From: a bacterium
GTDB lineage: Bacteria > UBP14 > UBA6098 > 4484-93
DNA: 64,000 nt
Reading direction: 5' to 3'
NCBI GenBank assembly: GCA_021158465.1
Contig: JAGGUN010000027.1
Span: 369-64,368 of the forward strand
Of the stretch, positions 29,307-38,740 are shown piece by piece. Position 1 is the first letter of the stretch; every line of letters begins with the position of its first letter. The translations under genes and the position numbers were made by a program. The notes below the pieces were generated by a model that made no database searches, was not told the DNA's origin, and saw only the letters and a program-made list of their open reading frames with translations.

Positions 29307-29608
29307 TATCTTCCCTTTCTCTTTGTCCTCTTCCCAGGAGGTATCTTCGCTGGAAGAAGGTTCTTCGTTCTGAACCGCTGACGAGCCACCTTCAACCCGG
29401 GCTTTGGCGAATAGAAACAAAACATCTTTGGATAGAGCGGCTTGAGATGCATTCCACCTTTGAGGAGGGATGCATCAAATATCTCCACACGGGACATAAG
29501 CATAACCTTTATTGCCACCCCTTTCTTGGGCATAGGAACACCTTCACACAACAAAGCTTCAGAAACAAGTATTACCAGAAGCAACACCAAGCCAACTACC
29601 TTTGCCAT
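29306..29608 (-). CDS. Candidate small (100 aa) membrane-anchored, highly basic protein inserted between murF and mraY; hypothetical
   Basis: ATG at 29608 preceded by GGTGGAG. N-terminal TM MAKVVGLVLLLVILVSEALLC followed by a K/R/P-rich tail. Its start overlaps the murF stop by 13 nt and its TAG stop overlaps the proposed mraY GTG start (ATAGTG), exactly filling an otherwise unusually long murF-mraY gap of 290 nt. No homology recognised. Confidence 0.3.
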   Translation of the reverse strand: MAKVVGLVLLLVILVSEALLCEGVPMPKKGVAIKVMLMSRVEIFDASLLKGGMHLKPLYPKMFCFYSPKPGLKVARQRFRTKNLLPAKIPPGKRTKRKGR

Positions 29609-30981
29609 AGCTCCACCAAGCCTTCTACTATCTTCTCCATTCTCATCGCCCTGGAACCCTTGATTAAAACGATGTCCTGAGGCATAACAAACTTTTTAAG
29701 GAAAATTGCAAGCTCCTTTTTCGTCTCAAAATGGACACATGGAATCCCGATAGAAGAAGCCTTCTCATAGGTCTTCCTGGTCCTCTCTCCCACAGTTGCA
29801 AGGAAATCAATCCCGACCGCACAAGAGTAATCAGCTATCTTCTCGTGGTAGCTTGCCTCATTCTCCCCCGTCTCGAGCATATCCCCAATGACCGCTATCC
29901 GTCGTCCCTTCGTCTCCATACTGGCAAGGGTCTCAAGAGCTTCCCGAACGGAGAGCGGATTAGCATTGTATGCATCATCGAGAACCATTATCTCACCTAT
30001 CGTCAACAGCCTCATCCTACCCGGAAGTGGCTCAACCCCCTCAATGGCTTGAACAACCTTTTCACAAGGAACCCGAAACAACCTCGCCACAGCGTATGCA
30101 CAGAGTGCATTGTACACATTAAACCTACCTGGTATCCCAAGAGATATCCTCTGACCGTCTACTCTGAAGCTCGCTTTACCTTCAGCATCAAGGGCAATAT
30201 CATCAGCACGATAGTCGGCAGAAGAGTTTATACCGTAAGTCACCGTATGCGATGCCGGCACTGGATTGAAACGAACAAGGAGCGGGTCATCAGCATTTAT
30301 TATCACATACGAACCAGGATTGAAATATTTGACAAGAGCGAACTTCTCCCTCGCCACATTTTCCAGACTACCAAGCCCTTCAAGGTGAACAGGAGCAATA
30401 TTTGTGAAGGCTACAACATCCGGTAGGATTATCCTTGCAAGCCGTTCCATCTCGCCAGGAGCTGATATGCCCGCCTCAAACACCGCAACATCATGCATCC
30501 GCTCAATCTGGAAAACAGACAAGGGAACACCAAGAAGGTTGTTATAGTTCTTAATACTCTCGACCACAAGCATATTCTTACCGAGTGATGACGCTATCAT
30601 TCGCCGGGCTGTCGTTTTGCCAACAGAACCCGTCACGCCAACTACAGGAAGGTCGAATCTTCGCCTATAAGACGAGGCGAGCTCACCAAGAGCCAAGACA
30701 GTATCCTTAACCACAATATACGGAACAGTCGCAGAATACTCGGGTTTATCGTGGAGAACGAGGAGAGCCGCTCCTTTGTATTCCGCATCCTGGGAAAACC
30801 TCTGTCCGTCTGTCCTTCTACCCTTCACAGCAAAGAACGCTTCACCTGGACTAATACTTCTCGAATCTATCGAGACCCCATAAATAACACCAGAGAGCCT
30901 ACCAGACACCTCGCCTTCCATCACAGCTACAGCATCCTTTATCTCTATTGGCTCCATTCCCCTCTCTGCTCCTTTGCCCAC
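29596..30981 (-). CDS. murF: UDP-N-acetylmuramoyl-tripeptide--D-alanyl-D-alanine ligase MurF
   Basis: Mur ligase motifs VVGVTGSVGKTTARRM, DDAYNANPLS. Confidence 0.85.
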   Translation of the reverse strand: MGKGAERGMEPIEIKDAVAVMEGEVSGRLSGVIYGVSIDSRSISPGEAFFAVKGRRTDGQRFSQDAEYKGAALLVLHDKPEYSATVPYIVVKDTVLALGELASSYRRRFDLPVVGVTGSVGKTTARRMIASSLGKNMLVVESIKNYNNLLGVPLSVFQIERMHDVAVFEAGISAPGEMERLARIILPDVVAFTNIAPVHLEGLGSLENVAREKFALVKYFNPGSYVIINADDPLLVRFNPVPASHTVTYGINSSADYRADDIALDAEGKASFRVDGQRISLGIPGRFNVYNALCAYAVARLFRVPCEKVVQAIEGVEPLPGRMRLLTIGEIMVLDDAYNANPLSVREALETLASMETKGRRIAVIGDMLETGENEASYHEKIADYSCAVGIDFLATVGERTRKTYEKASSIGIPCVHFETKKELAIFLKKFVMPQDIVLIKGSRAMRMEKIVEGLVELWQR

Positions 30982-32420
30982 TCTATAACCACCTCTTTAT
31001 CGCTAAAGTGGATAGTCTTGTCGGCAAATATCTGATAATCTTCGTGCCCCTTCCCTGCTATGACAACGGTATCGTTCGGAGAAGCAGTTGACAGGGCATA
31101 CCGAATCGCATCTCGCCTATCTACAATTGCCACATAGGAGAACTTCGGTGGGATACCAGATGCTATCTCCTCCACTATACTTTCTGGAGGTTCACTCCTT
31201 GGGTTATCCGATGTAATAACCACAAGGTCAGCGATCTCAGCCGCAATCTTCCCCATAATCGGGCGCTTCTCCTTTTCCCTGTCTCCACCACAACCAAACA
31301 CAATTATCAGTCTCCCTTCTGTGATCTCCCTTAGTGTCAGAAGAAGGTTCTTCAGTGCATCAGGTGTATGTGCATAATCGATGAATACCTTCGTCCCTCT
31401 TACCTCCTTTACCCTTTCCAGCCTTCCTGGAGGAGAGACAAATGTTGGAACAGCACGGCACACTGCCTCCCTGTCGAGCCCGAGGGCAAAACAAGTTGCT
31501 ACTGCAGAGATCGTGTTGTAGACATTGAACTTACCCAGAAGCTGTGTCCCTATCGAACAATACATATCCTTGTGTCTGATAAGAAGGCTTGTTCCATCGC
31601 CGGTTAAGGAAAACTTAGGAACAAAGAAATCTGCAGCAGGGTCTTCGAGCGAATATGTCCAGACCCTATCACTGACAATATTAACAATGCGTCTACCATA
31701 AGGGTCATCTATGTTGGCAATAGCAATGCTATCGGATGGCAGCTCGGAAAAGAGCCTCTTCTTCGCCTCAAAGTAGCTCTCCATATCGCCGTGGTAATCA
31801 AGGTGATCCTCCGATAGATTCGTGAAAACTGCAACCTGAAACCCTATTCCCGTTACCCGACTTTGAGCCATCGAATGGGAAGATACCTCCATAGCCACAA
31901 CCTCTACCCCGGATGACACCATATCATACAGAATTCTAAACAGGGTCACAGGGTCAGGGGTTGTTAGGTCCGTCTTGACAAACTTACCCCCTATGTTATA
32001 TCCGAGCGTCCCTATCGCCGACGCTCTAACACCAGACGATTCGCATATATGTCTTACAAAGCTGGCAACGGTCGTCTTACCGTTCGTACCAGTAACAGCT
32101 ACCATCCGAAGCTTTTTATCCGGCATATCGAAAAGACCGCGGGCAAGCAGTGCAAGAGCTTTTCTGGCATCCGGAACAATAACCCTGACAGGAAGCTCGG
32201 GAACATCCCTCTCAAGAACAAACAGTCGGCATCCTCTTCTCAGCGCATCTTGAACGAATGTATGTCCATCCTTCTTCTCACCACGAATCGCAACAAACAG
32301 GGAATTATTCTTCGCCTTGCGGGAGTCACAGACAATATTCTCAATACTCACCCCTTCTATCTCGCCAATAATCTGCTTCTCTGGAAGAAGCTCAAGTAGA
32401 GGCTTCAAACTCTTCATCAA
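30945..32420 (-). CDS. murE: UDP-N-acetylmuramoyl-L-alanyl-D-glutamate--2,6-diaminopimelate ligase MurE
   Basis: VAVTGTNGKTTVASF, DYAHTPDAL, and the DNPR motif (TSDNPRSEPP) typical of meso-DAP-adding MurE. Confidence 0.9.
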   Translation of the reverse strand: MMKSLKPLLELLPEKQIIGEIEGVSIENIVCDSRKAKNNSLFVAIRGEKKDGHTFVQDALRRGCRLFVLERDVPELPVRVIVPDARKALALLARGLFDMPDKKLRMVAVTGTNGKTTVASFVRHICESSGVRASAIGTLGYNIGGKFVKTDLTTPDPVTLFRILYDMVSSGVEVVAMEVSSHSMAQSRVTGIGFQVAVFTNLSEDHLDYHGDMESYFEAKKRLFSELPSDSIAIANIDDPYGRRIVNIVSDRVWTYSLEDPAADFFVPKFSLTGDGTSLLIRHKDMYCSIGTQLLGKFNVYNTISAVATCFALGLDREAVCRAVPTFVSPPGRLERVKEVRGTKVFIDYAHTPDALKNLLLTLREITEGRLIIVFGCGGDREKEKRPIMGKIAAEIADLVVITSDNPRSEPPESIVEEIASGIPPKFSYVAIVDRRDAIRYALSTASPNDTVVIAGKGHEDYQIFADKTIHFSDKEVVIEWAKEQRGEWSQ

Positions 32421-34519
32421 GGCACCTCACAGATGATAAGACAACTGTTTTTCCTATCCACAAGAACACCGGGTTTTGGTATCTGCTGCCTGACAATCCC
32501 GGAACCTTCTACCCTGATCGGTATCCCGAAGATGTCAGCTACCCTTATTGCCTCGCGAAGCGTAAGCCCTTCAAGCATCGGCATCTCCAACCGCCTCCCA
32601 TCGCCCCTCCCAGCACCAAGATAGAGAAAAACAGTATCCGCATCGCCAGAGACGGGGTTCTGGTTGAGAACAATATCTCCCTTCCCAAGAAAGACCACGG
32701 GAAGCTCAAGGTTCTTCGAAAGTTCTATCGCCTGGAATCTTGTAAGCCCAATAAAGTTTGGGGTATTCCTACGCTCCGGAGGGGTAGCTGTGTCTGCAAA
32801 AGCACAACTCTTTATCATTCCAGATGCTACTGCACGACAAAATATCCGCCGAACGATCGGAGCAGCCACCGTCCCTCCAAAATACCTCCCTTTGGGACGC
32901 CTTACAACCACATAGGCAACCATCTCAGGAGAGTCAGCAGGAATCATCCCAACAAACGAGGCAGTGTAGCCACCAGAAATCTTGTCATACCCCATCTTCC
33001 CCTCGGCGATCTGCGCAGTTCCCGTCTTACCTGCAACAGGAATACCAGGAACCTTTGCTCCCGTCCCTGTCCCCCTTTCAACCACTTCAGTTAATATCTG
33101 ACGGACTGAATCCGCCGTCTGCTCATCTATCACCCTCCTGATAGCATGTGGCGAGTTCTCAAAGATCACTTTATCACCCGAACTGATCTGGCTAACTATA
33201 TAGGGTCTCCATAGAATTCCCCCATTCGCAATTGCACAGTAGGCGCAGGCTACCTGAAGGGCGGTTACATCCACCTCATATCCAATGGAGATATAGCTCA
33301 TAGAAACACCAGTCCAGTTCTTCGGCATCTCAAGATGACCGGAAACCTCCCCAGGAAGATCAATGCCCGTTTCCGAACCGAAACCATACGCACGAGCCAT
33401 ATCGTAAAACTTGTCTTTCGGAATAGATGAGGAAATCTTTACCGTTCCAACATTTATCGACTTTACGAAGCAGTCATATCCTATCTCTTTGTGATACCTA
33501 TGGTGATCAGTTATCTTGCAGTCGTATATCTGCATCACACCATCTCCACAATCGACTGTGTCAGTCAAGTCAAATGTGGAATACTGTATCACAGATGAAG
33601 CAGATACCAGCTTAAAAACGGAGCCTGGCTCGAACCTATCCATTATTACTCGATTCCTTAGACTGGTACTGTCTTTATACATTATCCTGTTTGGGTCGAA
33701 TGTAGGGTAGGTCGCCATCGCCAACACCTGGCCAGTCCTCGGGTCCAGTACAACCGCCCGAGCATCCTCCGGGTGCCACTTCTCGTACGCGCGCTCGAGC
33801 TCATCCTCAACTATCTCCTGGAGCTGAACATCAATGGTTAGCCGCACATCCGCCCCAGAAATAGGCAAAGAAAGCTCCTTCCGAAAGACAGTATGAGGAC
33901 GCCTCAAGGCATCCATAAGGATCTCAACCTTACCATCAGTCCCAGCAAGAAAATTATCATACTGCTTCTCTACCCCATCTCTACCCTGCCTCTCCTCGTC
34001 GGTGTAGCCTATAACCTGTGAAAGGAAAGCCCCATACGGGTAGTGACGCTTGTAGCTTACCTGCCTGTGGATTCCAGAGTAAAGATACTTCTTCTCGATC
34101 CGCTCCTTAAGCTCCAGAATTGCCCTGGAGGTCTCAGGAGAAGCGTCCTTAACCAGAGGGTAGCAACCTTTATACCTTTTCATCAACCCTGCCACAGAAT
34201 CAGAAGGAATGGAGAGAATCTTCGCCAGCCCGCAGGCAACAGAGTCAAAGGCATCCTCATCCTGTATCTCCATAGCAGAGATGTAGAATGATTCGACTGT
34301 TTTATCCTCCGCCAGAACCTCTCCTTTGCTGCCAAGTATCCTGCCACGGCGAGCAGGGATAACCCTTGTCTGACTCTGTTGCCTATGCGCATGCTCACGC
34401 AAACCCTTCTTATCGATTATCTGAATGCAAAAAAGCCTTATCCAGAGTGCAATAATCAGAAGAACCATCAATAGGAAGAATAGAATGAATCTTCCACTAT
34501 CCGCCCCACCAGAAATCAT
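32417..34519 (-). CDS. ftsI: Class B penicillin-binding protein (FtsI/PBP3-like transpeptidase) with two C-terminal PASTA domains
   Basis: N-terminal TM, dimerisation domain, and transpeptidase motifs SVFK (PGSVFKLVS), SxN, KTGT (AGKTGTAQI). The C-terminal about 130 aa contain two PASTA-like repeats (PNFIGLTRFQAIELSKNLELPVVFLGKGDIV... and MPMLEGLTLREAIRVADIFGIPIRVEGSGIVRQQIPKPG). Confidence 0.85.
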   Translation of the reverse strand: MISGGADSGRFILFFLLMVLLIIALWIRLFCIQIIDKKGLREHAHRQQSQTRVIPARRGRILGSKGEVLAEDKTVESFYISAMEIQDEDAFDSVACGLAKILSIPSDSVAGLMKRYKGCYPLVKDASPETSRAILELKERIEKKYLYSGIHRQVSYKRHYPYGAFLSQVIGYTDEERQGRDGVEKQYDNFLAGTDGKVEILMDALRRPHTVFRKELSLPISGADVRLTIDVQLQEIVEDELERAYEKWHPEDARAVVLDPRTGQVLAMATYPTFDPNRIMYKDSTSLRNRVIMDRFEPGSVFKLVSASSVIQYSTFDLTDTVDCGDGVMQIYDCKITDHHRYHKEIGYDCFVKSINVGTVKISSSIPKDKFYDMARAYGFGSETGIDLPGEVSGHLEMPKNWTGVSMSYISIGYEVDVTALQVACAYCAIANGGILWRPYIVSQISSGDKVIFENSPHAIRRVIDEQTADSVRQILTEVVERGTGTGAKVPGIPVAGKTGTAQIAEGKMGYDKISGGYTASFVGMIPADSPEMVAYVVVRRPKGRYFGGTVAAPIVRRIFCRAVASGMIKSCAFADTATPPERRNTPNFIGLTRFQAIELSKNLELPVVFLGKGDIVLNQNPVSGDADTVFLYLGAGRGDGRRLEMPMLEGLTLREAIRVADIFGIPIRVEGSGIVRQQIPKPGVLVDRKNSCLIICEVP

Positions 34520-34520
34520 C

Positions 34521-34922
34521 CTAAATCTCCCAAATCTCCCTCAACTTCCTTCGCTCAAAGACAAAGCCCGCTATCTTCTTAAAGCTTAGCTTTATCCTGG
34601 CAAGAAGAGAAGGCTTACCCTTTGGAGGCGTCACCTCCCTCTCCCTGTAAACAATCTGGTCTATTCTCGCATCACTCAAACGGAAATTGTTCTCGGCGAT
34701 CCTCCTGATACGCTCCCTCGACTTGAGCCGCTCAACCGTCTCCTCAAGACTGGACCTAACCTTACAAAGCTTAGGCAAACGGCGGCTCCTACGAACAATT
34801 ACCTCCTCCTGGGAAAGAAGATACACACGCTCGGCAGTATACAGCAGTCCCACTATCACCAGAAGAAAAAAGTAGATGAAACTCCGAAGCAGCTTATTTA
34901 ATCCAGGGTAACTACACCTCAT
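34521..34922 (-). CDS. ftsL: Cell division protein FtsL-like (small bitopic protein)
   Basis: Position between rsmH and ftsI. Single TM FIYFFLLVIVGLLY followed by a coiled-coil-like periplasmic segment. Confidence 0.5.
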   Translation of the reverse strand: MRCSYPGLNKLLRSFIYFFLLVIVGLLYTAERVYLLSQEEVIVRRSRRLPKLCKVRSSLEETVERLKSRERIRRIAENNFRLSDARIDQIVYREREVTPPKGKPSLLARIKLSFKKIAGFVFERRKLREIWEI

Positions 34923-34964
34923 TTGTACACCTTTGTCTTTCCGAAAGCAGGGTACTTGAACCGC

Positions 34965-35852
34965 TCACTCTTTGCGGAGGATACAACGCAGCTTGGCAGA
35001 GCGAGAACGCCTGTTCGCTTGAACCTCAAATATCCCAGGGGAAACGGGCTTCTTCGTCAGAGCCAAGAACATACCAGATGAAATAAGCTCCTTAAACCTA
35101 TTCTTCACTATCCTATCCTCAAGAGAATGATAGGAAATGACACATATCCGCCCGTTCGGGTTCAAAAGGTCAGGTAGAACAGAAAGAGCAACCGAAAGGT
35201 TCTCAAGCTCGTTGTTGACGAATATCCTCAAAGCCTGAAATACACGAGACAGGCTCTTCACCGCCACTCGCCCAGGGACACACGAGACAACAACCTTCGC
35301 AAGCTCATCGGAAGTCTCAATGGGAGCTTTTTCCCTTCTCGTAACAATCTCTTTCGCTATCCGCCGGGAAAAACGCTCCTCTCCAAAGCGATAAAATATA
35401 TCCGATAGCTCCCTCTCCCCGAACCGGTTAACAACATCATACGCCGAATATCTCGCTCCACCACCGAACCTCATATCAAGCCGAGAACTCGATCGGTAAG
35501 AGAACCCCCTGCCAGAAGCAAGTTGAAAACTGGATAACCCAAGGTCGAATAAGATACCGTCAACCTTCTCTATACCAAACCGAGAAAGTATCTCCGGAAT
35601 GTCTACAAAATTTCCCTCAACAAGCGTGACCCTCTCTCCATACTCCCTAAGCTTCTCCCTCGCAAATTCAAGAGCATCTCCGTCGAGGTCTATTCCCAGC
35701 ACCCTGCTTTCACTTGTCAATGAACCAAGAATCGCCCCCGTATGCCCCCCCAAACCAACAGTAGCATCCACATAGACCCCGGGATCGTTCCCGATGAGGT
35801 AAAACAACACCTCATTGACCATCACTGGCTGGTGCCGTATGCTCTTTTTCAT
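34965..35852 (-). CDS. rsmH: 16S rRNA (cytosine1402-N4)-methyltransferase RsmH (MraW)
   Basis: MKKSIRHQPVMVNEVL...YVDATVGLGGHTGAIL (SAM-binding motif). Start taken at ATG 35852, by alignment with RsmH N-termini. Confidence 0.85.
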   Translation of the reverse strand: MKKSIRHQPVMVNEVLFYLIGNDPGVYVDATVGLGGHTGAILGSLTSESRVLGIDLDGDALEFAREKLREYGERVTLVEGNFVDIPEILSRFGIEKVDGILFDLGLSSFQLASGRGFSYRSSSRLDMRFGGGARYSAYDVVNRFGERELSDIFYRFGEERFSRRIAKEIVTRREKAPIETSDELAKVVVSCVPGRVAVKSLSRVFQALRIFVNNELENLSVALSVLPDLLNPNGRICVISYHSLEDRIVKNRFKELISSGMFLALTKKPVSPGIFEVQANRRSRSAKLRCILRKE

Positions 35853-36318
35853 CCGAATCAAAACCGAGCAAACTGCCAAAGAAAAGCTTGGCTACCCTGT
35901 CAAAATCACCTCCGTAACCCTTGACATACTCATCGTATCTATCAGGATTCCAAAGCTCAATCCACCTGCCAACACCGATTATCAGCACAGGAGACCCCTT
36001 CGAGAGCCCAGCCTTATCTAACAGCTTGCTTGGTATAGTGATACGGTTCTTGTTTTGATATTCTACATTAACAGGATGAATGTTCGATATAAGCTCCCTG
36101 AAAAGATACAACCTATCCTCCATCCCAAGCCTCGATGTGGAGAACCCCAAAAGAAACTTCTCAAGATCACCAGCCGGAAACATCGCCAAACAACCGTTCA
36201 CACCAACGGTTATGTTGAACCTAAACTGCAGTTGCCCCGGGAACATCTCAAGCATCTTGGCAGGAATACTCGTCCGCCCCTTGTCATCCAAAGTATGCTC
36301 AGCCCTACCGATAAACAT
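35812..36318 (-). CDS. mraZ: Transcriptional regulator MraZ
   Basis: MFIGRAEHTLDDKGRTSIPAKMLEMF..., with a second repeat ...HPVNVEYQNKNRITIPSKLL (duplicated MraZ domain). First gene of the dcw cluster. Confidence 0.85.
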   Translation of the reverse strand: MFIGRAEHTLDDKGRTSIPAKMLEMFPGQLQFRFNITVGVNGCLAMFPAGDLEKFLLGFSTSRLGMEDRLYLFRELISNIHPVNVEYQNKNRITIPSKLLDKAGLSKGSPVLIIGVGRWIELWNPDRYDEYVKGYGGDFDRVAKLFFGSLLGFDSDEKEHTAPASDGQ

Positions 36319-36659
36319 CTATACTCTTCTCCATTTTGTTAAATTTTTTCTCCATTTCTACCCACAAAGAAATTTAAGTGCTCTCTTCCCAAAAGTCAAG
36401 AGTTTTCTCTCTTTTTTCCTCGGTTTTTTCATACGGAGTTATTCTGGAGAATTACTTATAACTTATTGTCCTATAGAGAGATAACAGGTATTATCAATCG
36501 AATAATCTAAAAAAAGAGAAGAAACTCTGCTGGACACCATCCCCTTAGCGGAAACCTACTACACCAGGTTTCAAAAAACATTTGACTTGCTGAAGGAAAA
36601 ATATAAATTAGATTTTTCAAGGAATGTGAATTCTGGAACATAGTTGAAAGGAGTAAGGT
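36319..36659. promoter_or_regulatory. Intergenic region of 341 bp with divergent promoters for mraZ (dcw cluster) and the por operon
   Basis: The only long non-coding gap in the region. Candidate plus-strand promoter TTGACT (36582-36587), 16 nt, TAAATT (36604-36609), about 50 nt before the porG ATG with SD AAAGGAG. Confidence 0.35.
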
Positions 36660-37229
36660 ATGGGAATGTTGGAGATACGTTGGCACGGGAGAGGTGGTCA
36701 GGGTGCAAAGACTGCATCCACCCTACTTGCTGCCGTTGCCATCGAGGAGGGGAAATATGGTCAAGGTTTCCCAGAATACGGTCCTGAAAGGGGTGGCGCT
36801 CCGATGAAGGGGTTCACAAGAATATCCGATGAACCTATAAGATACCATTGCGGCATCTATCATCCCGACATAGTGGTTGTGCTTGACCCAACCCTCTTGC
36901 TGCTCGTCAATGTTACTGAAGGGCTGAAGGAGGGCGGCTCTTTGCTTGTCAACACTCCCCTATCACCAGATGAGGTAAGAAAAAGGTATGGGGTGAAGGT
37001 GGAAAAACTTTACACAATCGATGCAACAAAGATATCTCTCGAGGAGATAGGTAAACCCATTCCCAATACACCGATGCTTGGTGCATTAATCAGGGCTATG
37101 GGTGGGATGATTTCATTAGAGACCGTTCTCAGTAATATAAGAAAGAAGTTTGCGAGGAAGTTCCCCGAGAAGGTTATTCAGGGGAACCTCAACGCCGTTA
37201 AGCGTGCTTACGAGGAGGTGAAGGGATAA
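36660..37229 (+). CDS. porG: Pyruvate/2-oxoacid:ferredoxin oxidoreductase, gamma subunit
   Basis: MLEIRWHGRGGQGAKTASTLLAAVAIEEGKYGQGFPEYGPERGGAPM matches POR gamma. Confidence 0.85.
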   Translation: MGMLEIRWHGRGGQGAKTASTLLAAVAIEEGKYGQGFPEYGPERGGAPMKGFTRISDEPIRYHCGIYHPDIVVVLDPTLLLLVNVTEGLKEGGSLLVNTPLSPDEVRKRYGVKVEKLYTIDATKISLEEIGKPIPNTPMLGALIRAMGGMISLETVLSNIRKKFARKFPEKVIQGNLNAVKRAYEEVKG

Positions 37230-37534
37230 TGGAAAACAAGAAAGGCTGGAAAGATGTTCCAATAGCGGGGCTCATTGTTGAACCGGGGAACTCCGTAGAA
37301 TATAAGACGGGAAGTTGGAGGAGCTACCGTCCTGTCTGGCATCCGGAAAACTGCATCCATTGTCTATTCTGCTTCTATTACTGTCCTGATTCGGCAATTA
37401 TGGTCAAGGATGGGAAGATGACAGGGATAAACTATGATTTCTGCAAGGGGTGTGGAATCTGCGTTACTGAGTGCCCTACAAAGCCAGAGAAGCGAGCACT
37501 TGAGCTAAAACTTGAATCGGAATTTATCGAATGA
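37229..37534 (+). CDS. porD: Pyruvate/2-oxoacid:ferredoxin oxidoreductase, delta subunit (2x[4Fe-4S] ferredoxin)
   Basis: Two cysteine motifs CIHCLFCFYYCP and CKGCGICVTECP. Confidence 0.85.
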   Translation: MENKKGWKDVPIAGLIVEPGNSVEYKTGSWRSYRPVWHPENCIHCLFCFYYCPDSAIMVKDGKMTGINYDFCKGCGICVTECPTKPEKRALELKLESEFIE

Positions 37535-37547
37535 AAGGAGAGAACAA

Positions 37548-38732
37548 GTGGCTAAAAATCTTTTAGCACTGACAGGGAACGATGCGGGGGCATACGCTGT
37601 AAAGCAGGTACAGCCAGATGTCGCCGCTGTCTTCCCAATTACCCCGCAGACAGAGCTTATGCACAAGGTAGCTGAATATGTTGCCGATGGGGTAATAGAC
37701 ACGGAGCTTATAACCGTTGAGTCGGAGCATTCTGCAATGAGTGCAACCGTCGGAGCAGCCGCCGGGGGAGCGAGAACATTCACAGCAACAGCAGCAAACG
37801 GGTTCGCTCTTATGTGGGAGATTGTCTACATCGCATCGTCGCTGAGACTACCCATCGTTATGGCTCTCATCAACAGGGCACTATCCGCTCCCATCAATAT
37901 CCATGGAGACCATTCCGACAGTATGGGCGGTCGAGATACCGGTTGGGTCCAACTTTACTCCGAGGGGGCACAGGAGGTCTACGATAACATCATTCAGGCA
38001 TACAGAATTGCCGAGCACAAGGATGTTCTGCTCCCTGTTATGGCAACATTCGACGGTTTCATCATCTCACACACAACAGAGATTGTGGACACATTAACCG
38101 ACGAGGTGGTAAGAAAATTTGTAGGCGAGTATAAGCCAGCATACAGTCTATTGGATATAGACCATCCCATAACAGTTGGACCACTCGATCTATACGACTG
38201 GTACTTCGAGCATAAGCGTAGCCAAATAGAAGCCACCAAACATGCCAAGAGAGTTATCCTCGAAGTGGCAGATGAGTTCTACAAGCTGACAGGAAGAAGA
38301 TATGGATACTTCGATGACTACAGGGTAGATGATGCGGAAGCGGTTATCGTCGTGCTTGGAAGCGCAGCAGGGACAACAAAATGCGTTGTCGACAAGATGA
38401 GAAAAGATGGGAAGAAGGTTGGTGTTCTGAAACTCCGCGTCTTCAGACCATTCCCAGCGGAAGAACTCGCCGATGCACTCAAAGATGTTCCCGTCGTTGG
38501 AGTGCTGGACAGAGCGGTATCGTTCGGGGGCTGGGGCGGTCCAGTGTTTAACGAACTGCGCTCCGCTATGTATAACCTGGAGAGGAGACCCGAGGTCGTC
38601 AACTACTATTACGGACTCGGTGGACGGGACATCAACACGGAACAGATAGAAGAGACATTCAACACACTCCTGGAAATCGCCGAAACAGGAAAGGTCAAAG
38701 AACGGTTCGGATACATCGGACTGAGAGAATAG
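37548..38732 (+). CDS. porA: Pyruvate/2-oxoacid:ferredoxin oxidoreductase, alpha subunit
   Basis: LTGNDAGAYAVKQV...VFPITPQTELMHKVAEYV...ESEHSAMSATVGAAAGGARTFTATAANG. Start at GTG 37548 with SD AAAGGAG (37534-37540); the ORF-track ATG at 37512 lies inside porD. Confidence 0.85.
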   Translation: MAKNLLALTGNDAGAYAVKQVQPDVAAVFPITPQTELMHKVAEYVADGVIDTELITVESEHSAMSATVGAAAGGARTFTATAANGFALMWEIVYIASSLRLPIVMALINRALSAPINIHGDHSDSMGGRDTGWVQLYSEGAQEVYDNIIQAYRIAEHKDVLLPVMATFDGFIISHTTEIVDTLTDEVVRKFVGEYKPAYSLLDIDHPITVGPLDLYDWYFEHKRSQIEATKHAKRVILEVADEFYKLTGRRYGYFDDYRVDDAEAVIVVLGSAAGTTKCVVDKMRKDGKKVGVLKLRVFRPFPAEELADALKDVPVVGVLDRAVSFGGWGGPVFNELRSAMYNLERRPEVVNYYYGLGGRDINTEQIEETFNTLLEIAETGKVKERFGYIGLRE

Positions 38733-38740
38733 GAGGGAAA

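Noticed and set aside
28218-29420. 38-aa acidic/Ser-rich N-terminal extension on MraY (TTG start at 29420)
   Set aside because: It is not homologous to MraY N-termini. Homology begins at the GTG at 29306. The extension overlaps, out of frame, the candidate small ORF.
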